From assembly GCF_004010195.1 (NCBI RefSeq), contig NC_057718.1, forward strand, positions 43,656,280-43,720,279: a stretch of DNA of 64,000 nucleotides, read 5' to 3'. The translations under genes were made by a program, and so were the position numbers. This stretch comes from Chiloscyllium plagiosum (lineage: Eukaryota). Each line of letters opens with the position of its first letter. Positions within the stretch are counted from its first letter, which is position 1. Shown in pieces: positions 39,268 through 52,160 of this stretch. A model generated the notes under the pieces. That model searched no databases and was not told the origin of the DNA. It saw only the letters and a program-made list of their open reading frames with translations.

Positions 39268-39954
39268 TGATGAAGGGGTTTTGCCTGAAACATCGATTTT
39301 CCTGCTCCTTGGATGCTGCCTGACCTGCTGTGCTTTTCCAGCACCACTCTAATCTAGACTCTGGTTTCCAGCATCTGCAATCCTTGTTTTTACCTAGTTG
39401 ATTTTAACCCTACTGCGAATCCTCTTGCAAGGATGCCTGCCTTGAAGAAATTTTCCTCCTCTCTCTACAAGAATCTCAGTGAGTCTCTCTCTTACTGCAA
39501 CCCACAGGTCATCTCCTCTGCCCTGAAGCTCTTCAACCATGTCCTGAAACAGCCTCATTTCCCCTTCCCCCACCTCACCCCAGCTCCAGCCTTCCAGCTC
39601 AGCACTGCCCTTATGACCTGTCCTACCTGCCTATCTTCCTTTCCACCTATCCACTCCACCCTCCTCTCTGACCTATCCACCGTCATCCCCACCCCTATTT
39701 ACCCATTGTATTCTTTGCTACCTTCCCCGACCCTCCTCTCTGATCTATCATCTCCATCCCCACCCTCATCTCCATTCACCTATTGCACTCTATGCTACTT
39801 TCTCCCCACCCCCACCCCCTCTCATTTATCTCTCTATTCTGCAGGCACCCTGCCTCTATTCCTGATGAAGGGCTTTTGCCCGAAACATCGATTTTCCTGC
39901 TCCACAGATGCTGCCTGAACTGCTGTGCTTTTCCAGCACCACTCTAATCTAGAC
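39268..39954 (+). mobile_element. Non-autonomous PLE derivative with direct terminal repeats, each starting with a hammerhead motif
   Basis: 39268-39359 is repeated at 39863-39954; the interior has the family 5' sequence (also at 26751-26820) joined to a C-rich 3' region; no RT. Confidence 0.85.
39858..39893 (+). ncRNA. Minimal type I hammerhead ribozyme motif
   Basis: ATTC-CTGATGA-A-GGGC-TTTT-GCCC-GAAAC-ATC-GATT: core boxes and stem II intact. Confidence 0.65.
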
Positions 39955-41269
39955 CGTATTTCTTGTCTATATCTAATTGCCCTCTACAAGGTGGTGGTGA
40001 GCTGCCTTCTTGAAATGCTGCGGTTCTGCAGGTGCACCCACAGTGCTGTTAGGAAGTTGCAAGATTTTGACTCAGTGACAGTGGAAGAATAGAGATATAG
40101 TTCCAAGTCTGGGTGGTGTGTAGCTGAATGGAGAACTTGCTGATGGTGGTGTAATCATGCATACTGTCCTTGTACTTGTAGGTGGTACAGGTCCCAACTC
40201 TAGAAGGTTCTGTTGAAGGATGCTTGATGAGTTACTGCAATGCATCTTGTAGATGAGTCACACTGTGCATCTGTGATAGGGAAAGTGACTATTGAAGGGA
40301 ATTGATGAAACACTTGATCATATGGGATGTTTTGTCCTGATGGTGTCAAAGTTTTTGTGTGTTATTAGATCCACACCCATCTAGACAAGTGGATTTTAAT
40401 GCTGACTTTTACCTTGCCGATCAAGGATATTTTTTGGAGACAGGACATGAGTCACTTGTTGCAGAATTCCCAGCTCTGACCTGCTGTTGTAGCCATAATA
40501 TTTACACGGCTGGCATAGTCCAATTTCTGGTCAGTAGTGTGATAATAAGGGGTTCAGCGACTGTAGTGCCATTGAACATCAAGGGATGAAGGAGAGATTC
40601 TCTCTCTTGTTGAAAAAAACATATTTCATGTATTCTTTCTTCAGCCCCAGTTCAGACTGTTACCTTTCCTTTCTTTCACTGACAAGTTCCAGGAAGCCAA
40701 TGTACCTAAAGTCAAATTCCAAAACAGATATTAGCATCACTTTTAATGAACAATTAACATCTTGAAATTAAATTACTTGCCTCCTGAGGAAGATGATCAC
40801 GTGCCGCCTACAGCAGTACAGTTAAAGGTAGAAGTTGATGGGTTGAAGCCAGTATCCTGACATCCCCCCCTCTCTCCCTCCTATCTGTCAACCTCCACAT
40901 TTCTAAACCCTCACCCACAGTCACTCGCTTCTGTAAGTAGAAATTCTCCGCTCAGTGGCTAAACTTAGAAGTTTAAATTCGATATTTTAATTCAATACCA
41001 TATTATTTACAGAAGTGAGTCAGTAAATTAAAATTAAAAGAGAGATAAAAGTTGAATCTTTAAAGAAAATTTATTTACTTAAATATTTTAAAATCTCCAA
41101 CAATTAAGATCTGATGAAACAAGTGTCCATGCTTCAGAAGTAAATTTTCAGTGCTAGAGAAAATGTTTAGCATTAAAATTAATGAATAGAATCAATTGCC
41201 CGAACATTTCCTGCTGTTTTGAATAGATACCTAGAAATATGGCACTGTAATTTTGTACCTTTTTGTGTC

Positions 41270-41850
41270 CATACTGTGAAGGACCTGGTGTTGCTAGGGG
41301 TAACTAAAGTAGTGAAGAGGAAAGTCGTCCTTTATATATTGACCAACAAAGGAATGACATGTCAACTCAGCCAACTGGACTGAGATTAGAAACTCATTCA
41401 GTGCAGTGTCATGAGTTAAAAGGAATGGCCACAGTGCTTTGCAAGGAAAATACCAGCATTTCCTGTCTGCTACCTCACAGTCACAGGGCCAGAACTCACT
41501 TGAACTCTGCCACTGCCTCTGAAGGCTCATGAACTATAATTGTCACTATTGCATGCAGTGTGTACACTTACAGACTCTCATCCACTTATCTTCCCAAATT
41601 ACTCACCTTTTCTGACCTTTGCATTTCCAACTCATTCAATGGGGGCACCTCACAGTTTCTCTTGCCCCTGCATCAACACTAAAGGTTGTTCCATCCACTT
41701 GCCTTGCACTCAACCCTATTTATTCATTGCGTTGTAAAAAAAGGATGTCTGTCAAATGGGTCATGAGGCTGACAATCACAGGCTAATAGTGGATATTAAT
41801 CTCCTTAACCCACAGAAGGAAAGGATGTTGTATTTGGACAAAGACGGTCA
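41270..41850 (+). mobile_element. Possible Harbinger Myb/SANT-like accessory gene remnant
   Basis: Frameshifted DLVLL..VKRKVVLY..WTEIRNSFSAVS*VKR..QC and later DINLLNPQKERML resemble Myb/SANT (NAIF1/MSANTD-like) proteins. Confidence 0.4.
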
Positions 41851-42907
41851 TGAAAACTCATGTGGGGACATGAAACTCTCCATGGACAGCTAACACCTGG
41901 GGTTCATTTTGCTGCGTTACTCTCATTCATAACTTGCACAAGCTTTTATTCCTCTCTTCTCTTCATCAAGCACTAACCCAGTCCAGCAAACCTCTGGCAA
42001 AAACAGGTCTGCAGGAGAGACCCTCAGCTCCTTTTCCACCACTGAAGATGAAGCCATTAACGTCAAAAGGTGCATGAGCAAGGCACGTAGTTACACCTTC
42101 CACCAGTTCAAAGAGTTACACCTCAGTTGGTTTGATCTACATTAGCCTTGAGAGCTCAATGTGGTGAGCACACCTGTGCAGTTGGTTAAGGAAGAAAAGG
42201 GCACAGGTTTCTGATATTCAGATAGCAGTCAGAAACTAGAGACTTGCTCAGCCTGAAGAGAAGACAGACTCAAGGGCTTGGAGTTTGACTTTGTCAAAAT
42301 GCACAGATAGGCACATAACAGCAGACAGGTTTGTCAGAGACGGTCAGTAAACTGGATTGAAATGGATCTGCTTACTTCTGGAAAAGCTGGTTCCTGCCAG
42401 GGAAAACTTGCTCTAGAACACTGCTGTCTTTGCACATCGAGCTGTACTCCATCACTGCAGCCTTATCTGTTTAGCATCAATGGGAAGGTAACAGAGGGAT
42501 TCCATATGCCTCTCCTTTGAAGGGAGACAAGATGGTGCCAGAAGGCACTCATAAGGTAGAAGAGCCACACACCAGCCTCTGCAGAAGCTTCTTATCTGGA
42601 CACTTTCGAGGTTCTTGGCCCCTCCTCCTCCCCTCTGCCTGTGATCACAAAGCCTGCAGAAATCCAAAGTAAGGAACTGATGGGCTGAAATGGTGCAAGA
42701 ATTGGTCTGAAAGCAGCCATTTTTTCACTTTTGTTGTAATTTTTTTGCCATTGTCCATGTTGCACAAACAAGTGGTAAATCATGTGCAAACAGCATTGAA
42801 GGGGGCCATATAGCCCATCAAAACTATGGCACCCTTTTGTTGAGTAATTCCTCTCCCCAATTCCATCCCCTTATTCCTGCAAATTTTCCTGAGAGTTATT
42901 TTTGAAT

Positions 42908-43240
42908 AATTCATGAGGGTATCACTAGCTAGCTCAGCATTTATTGCCCATCCTTAATTGCCCAGAGGGGAGTTAAGAGTCAACCACATTGCTGTGGGTC
43001 TGAAGTCACATGTAGGGCTGACCAGGTAAGGATGGCAGTTTCTTTCTTTCAAGTGAATCAGATGGTTTCTTTCCCACAATCGTCAACAGATTTGTGGTCA
43101 TCATTGGACTCGTAATTCCAGAATTTTTAAAAATTGCATCAAATTCCACTTTCTGCCATCATGGGATTCAAACTCATGTCCCTGGAACATTACTTGGGGC
43201 TATGGATTAACAGTCCAGTGATACCACCACTCGGCCATCA
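42908..43240 (-). mobile_element. Bipartite SINE (tRNA-like head, central domain, LINE 3' tail)
   Basis: Minus strand: ggtatcactggactgttaatcc..gtttgaatccc..gttgactcttaactcccctct-gggcaattaaggatgggcaataaatgctg. Confidence 0.8.
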
Positions 43241-43403
43241 CTTTTCCCCACCGCTATTCCAATTTACTTTTGAATTCATTACATCTTCATTTTCGCTGTC
43301 AAAATTTCCTCATCCTTGGAATTGTTCTAGTAAATCTAATCCCTGCACACATTTTAGAACTTTAGCATATTTTCTCTCCATGTCCCTTCTGCCAAATTGA
43401 CAT

Positions 43404-43715
43404 TATGTCACACTCGGGACCCTGGGTTTGATTCCAGCCTTGGGGGACTGTCTGTGTGGAGTTTGCACATTCTCCCCGTGTCTGAGTGGGTTTCCTTCGG
43501 GTGCTCGGGTTTCCTCCCACAATCGAAATATGTGCAGGTTAGGTGGATTGGCTAAACTGAATTGCCCATAGTGGTCAAGGATGTGTAGGTTAGGCGCATT
43601 AGTCAGGGGTAAATGTAGAGTAATGGGGTAGGGGAGTAGGTTGCTCTTTGGAGGGTTGGTGTGAACTTGTTGGACCGGATGGCCACTTTCCACACCGTCG
43701 GGATCCTATGATTCT
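43404..43715 (+). mobile_element. HE1-type V-SINE, 5'-truncated
   Basis: V-core gtctgtgtggagtttgcacattctccccgtgtctg. Confidence 0.9.
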
Positions 43716-43784
43716 CTGTACTAAATTCCAATTGTTATTTGTTTGCCGGGCATACCAGCCTATTTGTTTCATTTTTAAAAAAAT

Positions 43785-45400
43785 CATTAATGGGGTGTGA
43801 ATGCCACTGACTGGGCCATTTATTGCTTATTTCCAATTACCTTTGACAAGGTGGTGGTGAGCTGCCTTCTTGGATCATTTGGGTGCATGTGTTGTAGGTA
43901 GAAACACAATGCTGTTAGGAAAGGAGTGACAGCATTTTTACCCAGCTACATTGATGGAACAGAAATATGTTCCTAAGTCAGAATGGTGAGTTGCTTGGAA
44001 GGGAACTTTGGTTCCAATGTATCTGCTACTCATGTCCTTTGCGATGGTAGTTGTTGTGACTTTGGGAGATGCTGTCTAAGGAGCGTTGGTGAATTTCTAC
44101 CATGCATTTTGTAGATGGTATACACTGCTATGACGGAGCACCACTGGTGGAGAAAGGGACTGTTTATTGGTATGGTAAGAATCAAATGACTGCTTTGTCC
44201 TCAATGGTGTCAAGCTTCTTAAGTATTGTTGGGGCTGCATTCATCCAGGTAAGTAGGGTTCATTCCATCACACTCCTGATTTGTGCCTTATAAGTTCATG
44301 GACAAACTTTGAGGGGTCAGGAGATGAGTTACTTGCTGCAAGGTTCCTCACCTATGACATCCCCTTTTACCCACAATATCTATATGGCTAGTCCGGTTGA
44401 GTTTCTGGTCAATAGTAGCCCCATGGTGTGGATAATCATGGATTCAGTGATGGTAATTCCATGGACGATGATTAGATTTTCTTTGTTTGGAGTTGGCTGA
44501 CAATTGTCAGGTATAACACAAATGCTACTTATTCAGTCCAAACCTGGGTTTATCAAGGCTTTGTTGCAATTGGTCAAAGACTGCTTTGGTGTCTGAGCAG
44601 GCAGGAATGAGGCTTAACATTTGCTCCTTCAGTGAATTGTTTCTTTTGTCCCAAACATTTGGACCTGGCAGAACCCCAGTGCTAAGATCAAATGGTTAAG
44701 GGCCTGCTCAGCTCTGTCAATCACTTACTGCTTATGCTGCTTGCCACACGTGTTGTCCTGTCTTGTAGCTTCAACAAACGGCCATCTCATTTTCAGATAT
44801 GCCCATTCTGATCCTGGCATGCCTTGCTGCGCTCTTCATTAAACTAGGGTTGATCTCATGGCTTGATGGTGATGGTGGAGTAGGGATATACCAGACAATG
44901 AGTTTGTAAATTGTGCTACTGCTGATGGCCCACAGCATTTCATGATGTCCAGTCTGAAGTTGTTAGATTTGTTTATAGTTCATCTGATTTGGCACAGTGA
45001 ATGTGCCACAATGTACTCTATCCTCAATATGAAGATAGGACTTTGCCTCCACAAGGAATGATCAACACCTACTCATACTGTCATGTACACATGCATTTGC
45101 ATCGGGCACGTTGGTGAACAAAAGGTTTAACAGGTTTTTCCCTCTTAGTGGTTTCCTTGCTAACTGCCATAGACCTAGTCCAGCAGCTGTGTCATTTTGG
45201 ACTTGACCACTTTGGTCAGTGGTTGTGCTGCTAAGCCTCTTTTGGGAAGTTATTTTGAAGATCCCATCAATAATACATTTTGCACCCTCTCAGTGCTTTT
45301 TCCAACTAGTATTCAGGTGTCCTGATTCATTCATGGAAGGGGCAGGTATGTACTAATCAGCAGAAGTTTCCTCACCCATATTGGATCAAACACCCTGAAA
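43785..45400 (-). mobile_element. tRNA-headed LINE family, long decayed fragment
   Basis: Homologous to 37725-38745 at its 3' end and to the APE region 15900-16500 toward 44700-45400. Confidence 0.7.
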
Positions 45401-45479
45401 CTTAGATATCAAATAAAGCAATGGTCTTAGCACTAATTCTCAGGAAATATCATGCTTATCAGCTTTCAGTCTTGAAAAC

Positions 45480-46600
45480 CAAACATTTCCCATTATTTAC
45501 TGGTTTCTGTCTTACAATTAACTTCTTTTTTCAAAACTGATATTGATTTTCCTATTCAACTATTTGATTTTATTAATCAGCTTCTTGTTTGTCACTGTGT
45601 CAAATGCTTTCTTATAGATAATATCCACTACAACCTGTTCAACATCCTTCTCTGATACCTTGTCAAAACGTTCAATTTATCAAATACAATTGGTCTTTTA
45701 CAATTTATCAGATACAATCTATCTTTTACAATTTTTTGCTGGTTCAGCTCAAAGGATGCAAACTTTTCCAAGTGACTTTTCTTTCCCCTAAATTATCATT
45801 TCTAGTATTTTGCCAGCACTGATGGGGAAACTTTGCAATCTATATTTACTAAGAACTACCAAAGTCATTTCTTGAACAAGAATGTCAGATTTGTCATTTT
45901 GAAATCTTCTGATACAATGTTTGTAAATAGAGATAGTTGCAAGAGTACAGCAAATCCTTCTGCTGTATCCATCTCCACTTCTGTTTGCAAGCCATCTGGA
46001 ACAAGCACTCATCAAGTTTAGGAGGAACGAACCTAATGAAAGGTTACCATCTAAAATGTCGACTCCCCTTCTTCTCTGATGCTGCTTGACCTGTTGTGCT
46101 TTTCACAGCTCCACTCTTTGCCCACTTCAGCATCTCTCCAGCATCTGCAGTCCTCACTAACTCCCACTCATCAAGTTTAGCTGGCCTTTCCAGTGCATCC
46201 TGCCTTTGAATTACCACTCCAACAATTACCTCCGCCATCTCTACCTCTGCTGATATTTTGTTACCTTCCTTTACACCTATTCAGAGTGCTCATAACATTT
46301 TCCAGTTCTTTGCAATGCCTGTAAGAATATAAAACCTTTGTTTCAGATAGGCTCATCTTCTTTACTTGTTGCATGCTGGCAGATGACTTTTGGATTACCT
46401 TTTGCATTAACTGCCATTCTGCTCTCATGATCTCTTTCTCCCTTCTCGATATATTGGATTTGGCTTGGTTCTTGCTTGAATGATTCACCTGACATGTAAT
46501 CTATACCCTCTGTTTTTCATCATAATCTCTATTAGCCCTGTCATCCAAGGAACTCTGGCTTTAGTTCCACTATCTTTCCCTCTTGTTGGAATGGACCTAA
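45480..46600 (-). mobile_element. CR1 fragment, heavily decayed
   Basis: gtcaaatgctttctt (KAFD on the minus strand) and tcatccaaggaactctgg. Confidence 0.5.
46022..46164 (+). mobile_element. Short PLE terminal-repeat insertion with 16-bp TSD
   Basis: TSD cactcatcaagtttag at 46006-46021 and 46165-46180; body gatgctgcttgacctgttgtgcttt..ccagcatctgcagtcctcact. Confidence 0.85.
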
Positions 46601-49464
46601 CCTGGAGAAACAGGACAACACAGCAACTGATTTTGATGTTTAACTCTGTAATTACAGAGATTTCAGATACTTTTGCCTGATTGGTTGGTGGCAGAGAAAA
46701 TGATATAACAGTCTCAAACGCAAGTAGTTTGTGAATCTTTATGTATGGCTAACCTTATTTGAGCCTCTTGATTGATAATTTCCTTCTAAACTCAGATTAC
46801 ACGCTAAATATACTTTTAGCATTAATGCATAAACTGGAAATTTATTTAATCCAATGTTAACAGATAAGTGTTTCAACTATTCCGATGACAGTCTTATGAA
46901 TTCAGGCGTCAACCCATTTCTTTTAAATGATGATAATAAATAGTGGAATGCTATAAGAATATCATCCACTAATATTGACAACTGTAATTTCAAGGCTGTG
47001 GAGTTTCATTGTAAAATGAATTAGTTTAAAAGTGTTAATTAATCTTATATCTTTTTAATTTGTCATAGCATCATTTGAGCAAGAAAATTTTAACTTATGC
47101 ATTATGTGTATTGCCTTTCCATGCAAAGTATATTTTAATATTATGTATTGAATAATTTGTTAAAACCATTTCCAGGCAACTACTTTTGATGGTTCCTATC
47201 CTCTGTCAAAATGCATCCTGTCACACTCTCCTGTAATAAGTTCCAACTGCCATTTGCTTTTCTACTCTGCTGTTCTCCCTATTCCCTGTTGCAGTCAATT
47301 GGTATTATCTTCAGTATCGGTCACATCTCCAAGTTTGATGTCGTTGACAAAGTTTGAAATGTTACACTGTGTTCCAATATGAAGAGGCAGGAAAGCTAGC
47401 ACTGAAACTTGGGGAACAATGCTGTCTACCATCTCCCTGTCTTGAAAACAAACATTTGCCATGACTTGCTGATATCAGCCTTTTATCCAGCTTTTATGTG
47501 ACACTTTGTCAGATGTTTTCTTAATATCTACTTTGAGAAAGTCCACTGTAACCCCTACCTTCTCTGTAATCCCATCAAATTATCAATTTGTCAAACCTGA
47601 TATGCTTTTTACAAAGTTCTGCATGCTAGCCTCAAAAATGCAAACTCTTCAAGTGCCTTTCTTCTTAACTATTATTTCTAAAACCATTGATATTAAAATG
47701 AATCTAGATCATATAGTATAAAAAATACTCATTGTATCTGTAATATGGGATTTGGAAATGCATGTTTGGAGCCATGACCACTATGAATGCATTTTGAAAA
47801 TACACATGCACACTGCCATTGATTTTCCTAATTTTCATTTTAATGCATGAAAACTTCCACTGGAATTGGGAAGAGAGGAGAATGTAAGCAGCATGGATTT
47901 GTGAGAATTCAGTTTATTTTAGTAACTGTATTTTCATCTCCAATGCTTATTTCTGTAGTTTTCACAGATCACCTTCTTTTGTCAATGGATTTAAAATACA
48001 TCCATGGATGCACTTCTCTGTGTTGCTTGCAGGTGATGTGAAATCTACATACCTACTCCAGATTAATATTGAGAACTTCAAGTCAAAATATAATTCTCCA
48101 GTGAGAAATTTGAGACAAACTGCTAAAGATCTGTCATAATTTTTTTTTTATAATTTTCAACGTCTTTCATCTGTTAGCAGTACAAACTGAGTGTGATATC
48201 AAAAGTGTAGTAAAAGAAATCTCAACAATGCTGCTATTTTGGAGCGCAGCAAGAAATGTTTAGCTGGTCAGTTTAAAATACCAAAGAGAAAAATGTGAAA
48301 GCTTATGAACACATTTGCCAGTAGTCTTACAGTTAAAAAAGTTATATTTAAGATGAACAGTCAACAAAATTATTAACATAACAAGTGTTGGTGCTTCAGA
48401 AGAAAAGTGAATCAATCTAGTGTTTGGCTGCAGGTGGAAGTTTAATGATATTGCAGTGAATTTTATCATGCACAAGTGCAACAACTTCACAGATACAAAA
48501 TGGTGTTCATAATACTGCACTGAGTGCTATGAATTGGCTAGATACACTTTGATGAGATAGCATTCAATAAAATGCTCATTAATTTCATCATTAGCAAGGG
48601 TGTGCAAAGAACCGAACCAATTCCTGTGTCATGCCCAATTAACATCCCATGGTGGAAATCCCATTAGTATTGTTGAATTCACTAATGGGAAAACTAATGG
48701 GCATGCTACCTGGGGACATTAATTGGCCGTGACACTAGTTCTGGTTTTAATTACTGGACTAGACTAATGTAATGTAATGGGTGTTTGTCAAATAGTAAAG
48801 TAGTAAATTTCTAATATAAATGCAAGCAACAGATTATAATTTCCTAATTTATATCCATACATGTTTCCATACCACAATTTTTTATGTACAGTCTTTTACT
48901 AACACATTATCTGAAGTACCTATCCCTGTCTGGATCATTTGGAATGAATTGATTACTTTTTGTGTTGGGAAACATAGCTTGGATTCTCTAATGCACATCA
49001 TCAAATGTTTGCATGTGAAACCAATTAGAAATTTCGGCAAAGCCCTGTGATGTCGACTCTCTGGCTATATTTTACTACATCTAACCATCTCGCTTCCCAT
49101 TTGTATGCCAATTATTGCAAATTACATCACGATAGTGCATACATGTTTGCCTGCAATTTGCATGTTGATTAGCACTTTTTCCACCTAAACTGAACATCCA
49201 GGATTGTTAGATGTTGAGCTGTATATAGGAAGCCCTTTATGAAATACAGGAAAAAAGCCTTTTTTCAACCTCTTGAGTTATTTTTGTTTCATAGTTTGTA
49301 GGCTTCTTCTGGCAGTTACAGTGCTGCTGATATTTCGAACAGAAATACAACTATCACAAATTGATTTCTTAAAATATCTCAAATCAAACTGCATTTGAAG
49401 CACTGTGCATCCCCTGCTTGATATTCCCAGACAAAAATCTATAAACATAAGTACTCAAAATTAT

Positions 49465-49870
49465 GTAAGCATGTAAGAAATAAATGTGGGAGTAGGTCAT
49501 TTCTTCCTTCAAGCCTATAGTCTTTTCACCAAGATCTTGCCTGATTTTCTACCTCAACTCCACCTTCCTTATATCTGTTCATTTCCTCAGTATTTCCTTA
49601 GGTAATTTCCTTCTGTTTTGAATATACTCAACAAGTAAACATCTATAGCTTTTTGGGTTAGAATCTGCCAAAGATGTATTTATTTGAATGAAGAAATTTC
49701 TTGTTAGCTCAGTGTTAAGTGACCAACTCTTCTATTTTGTGAACGTAATCCTGTGTTTTAGATTCTTCATCCATAAGAAATCATTTCCTCATCATTTAGT
49801 CTGTCAAGCCTCCTATATATCTTGTACGGTTTAGTTAGATCACCTTTCATTTCTTCTAAGTTCCAGGCAA
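49465..49870 (-). mobile_element. CR1 3' end, decayed
   Basis: taagaaataaatgtgggagtaggtcatt is the reverse complement of a CR1 3' UTR. Confidence 0.65.
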
Positions 49871-49919
49871 TAAAAGTCTTGCCTGGAAAGCCAACACGTC
49901 TGCCTGCCTAAGTTAATGT

Positions 49920-50110
49920 AAACAAACAGAGAATACTGGAGATACTCAGATAGACAGCATCTGTGGAGGGAGAAGCAGAATTCTGAAGAGATCATACAAC
50001 AATAATCTTTGAGGCCAGTATCTCATTCCTCAGAGGCTGCCAGACCTGTGAGTTCCTTCAGCATTTTCTGTGATTGTTTCAAATTTCCAGTGCCCACAGT
50101 TTTGCTTTGA
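49920..50110. mobile_element. PLE-like inverted short repeat
   Basis: acagagaatactggagatactcag..cagcatctgtggag is inversely related to ctcagaggctgccagacctgtgagttccttcagcattttctgt. Confidence 0.55.
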
Positions 50111-50124
50111 TTTTATGAAAAATA

Positions 50125-50380
50125 CTTCATGGCATTCTTTCACAGAACAGGGGAGTTATCTACAGTGACTTATCCAATACTTCTCCCTCAACTTAAATCA
50201 CAAACAAACAAAATCAGGTTATCTGGTCATTATCACAATGCTGTTTGTGGGGGTTTGCTGGGTACAAGTCAGCTGCCAGGTTTCCCACTGTACAATAGTG
50301 ATTGCACTTCCAAATGTACCTTGTTGGATGTAAAGTGATTTCAACTGTCCAATGGTCATGTAAGGCTTTATATAAAATAC
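50125..50380 (+). mobile_element. Deu-type SINE (SacSINE1/AmnSINE1-like)
   Basis: ttatctggtcattatcacaatgctgtttgtggg..gcacttccaaatgtacc..gtaaagtgattt..ggctttatataaa; further decayed copies at ~52170-52380 and ~59940-60310. Confidence 0.65.
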
Positions 50381-50821
50381 TCTACTCAAACTCTTCTCAA
50401 GGCCAGCCTCCTCATCCCAGGAACCAAATGAATGAATTTCTGTTGGGCTCTCTCTAAGTCATGAAGATCAAAATGGGACACGGTACTCCAGATGGCCTCA
50501 CCTTATATTCAATTGAATGATTAAATGGCATTCTCTGTGAAGAATTAGTAACAGCATGGAAAAAGTTTGCAATTTCATTAATTAACAGGGTTCCTAAAAA
50601 GTCAGTTAATGACATTACTATATGAAATGGTCAGAAGGCTGTAGAATTATGGTCAAACTCGGAGAATTATGGATGGAACGTGAACCAACAATTCAGTACA
50701 ATCCTTGAAAGTTCTGTATTGTTCAAAATTATTTCTTTTGGAGGAAAGATTGAATCAAAAGTTTACCCAATCAGAAGGACATAAAATATTCTAGAAGTTT
50801 TTTTTGAGCAAGAGGAGGCAA

Positions 50822-52160
50822 CTGTGAGCCTGACATCGGTGATGGGGAAGTTGTTGGAGTGAATCTGAAAGATAGGATTTACATGCATTTGGTGAGGCAA
50901 GGACTGATTAGGGACAGTCAGCATGGTTTGTCAGAGGGAAATCATGTCTCACAAACTTGATTAAGTTTTTTAAGGAAGTAACCGGAAAGATTGACGAGGG
51001 CAGAGCAGAATGTTGTTTATGTGGACTTTAGTGAAGCCTTTGACAAGGTTCTGCATGGTAGACTAATTAGTGAAGTTAGATCAAATGGGATTCAGAGCGA
51101 GCTCCCCAATTGGATACAAAACTGACTTAATGGTAAGAGACAGTGTGGTGGTGGAGGATTGTTTTACAGACTGGAAGCCTGTGAACAATGGTGTTCCACA
51201 GGGTTTGGTGCTGGGACCACTGTTATTTGTCATTTATATAAATAATTTGGATGCGAATATAAGAGGCATTGTTAGTGAGTTTGCAGGTGACACTAAAATT
51301 GGTGGTATAGTGGACAAGTTATCTAAGATTACAAAGAGATCTTGATCAACTGGGTCAATGGGCTGAGGAGTGGCACATTGAGTCTAATTTGGATAAATGT
51401 GATGTATTATTTTTTGGTAAAACAAATAAGAGCAGGACTTATACAATTAACGGTATGACCTTGGGTAGAATTGTAGAACAAAGAATGTGAAGAGTTCAGG
51501 TACATCAATCTTTGAAATCTGCAACACAGGTAAAATGGGTGGTTAAGGTGGCATTTAGCATGATCGCCTTCCTTGCTCAGAATTTTGAATATACAATTTG
51601 GGATGTTATGTTGAGGTTGTACAGGATGTCAGTGAGGCCTCTTCTGCAATATTGTGTGCAATTCTGGTTGCCCTGCTAAAGGAACAGTATAAATTGGAGA
51701 GGGATCAGAAAAGACTTACCAGGATATTGCTGGGAGTGAGGGGTTTGAGCTATAAATATAGGCTGGGATGTTTTTTACGGAAGTGCAGGAGGTCGAGGGT
51801 GACCTTATTGAGGTTTATAAAATCCTGAGGGGCATAGATAAGGTAAATAGCAAGGGTCTTTTCCCTCGGGTGGGTGAGTTCAAAACTAAGGGGCATATTT
51901 TTAAGTTGAGAGGATAAAGTTTTAAAAAGGACATGAAGGGTAGCCTTTTCACATGGAGAGTGGTTAGTGTATGGAATGAACTGCCAGAGGAAATGGCGGA
52001 TGCAAGTACAGTTACAACATTGAAAAGAGTCGGATAAGTACATAAATAGGAAAGGTTTGGTGGGACATGGGCCAAATATGGGCAAATAAGACTAGTTTAG
52101 TTTGGGGACATAGTTGGACTGAAGCATTTGTTTCTATGCATATGACTCGATGACTATATA
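50822..52160 (+). mobile_element. CR1 ORF2 RT and 3' end
   Basis: GVPQGLVLGPLLFVIYINNLD..FAGDTKIGG in ORF 51070..51345; tail atgactcgatgactat. Confidence 0.92.

Larger units (their letters stand above)
39225..40610 (-). mobile_element. Same LINE family, 3' fragment interrupted by the PLE at 39268-39954
   Basis: ctaattgccctctacaaggtggtggtgagctgccttcttgaa etc., homologous to 37725-38745. Confidence 0.7.

Noticed and set aside
39433..39918. 161-aa Pro/Ser-rich ORF
   Set aside because: Lies wholly in the PLE derivative; open because of C/T-rich low complexity.
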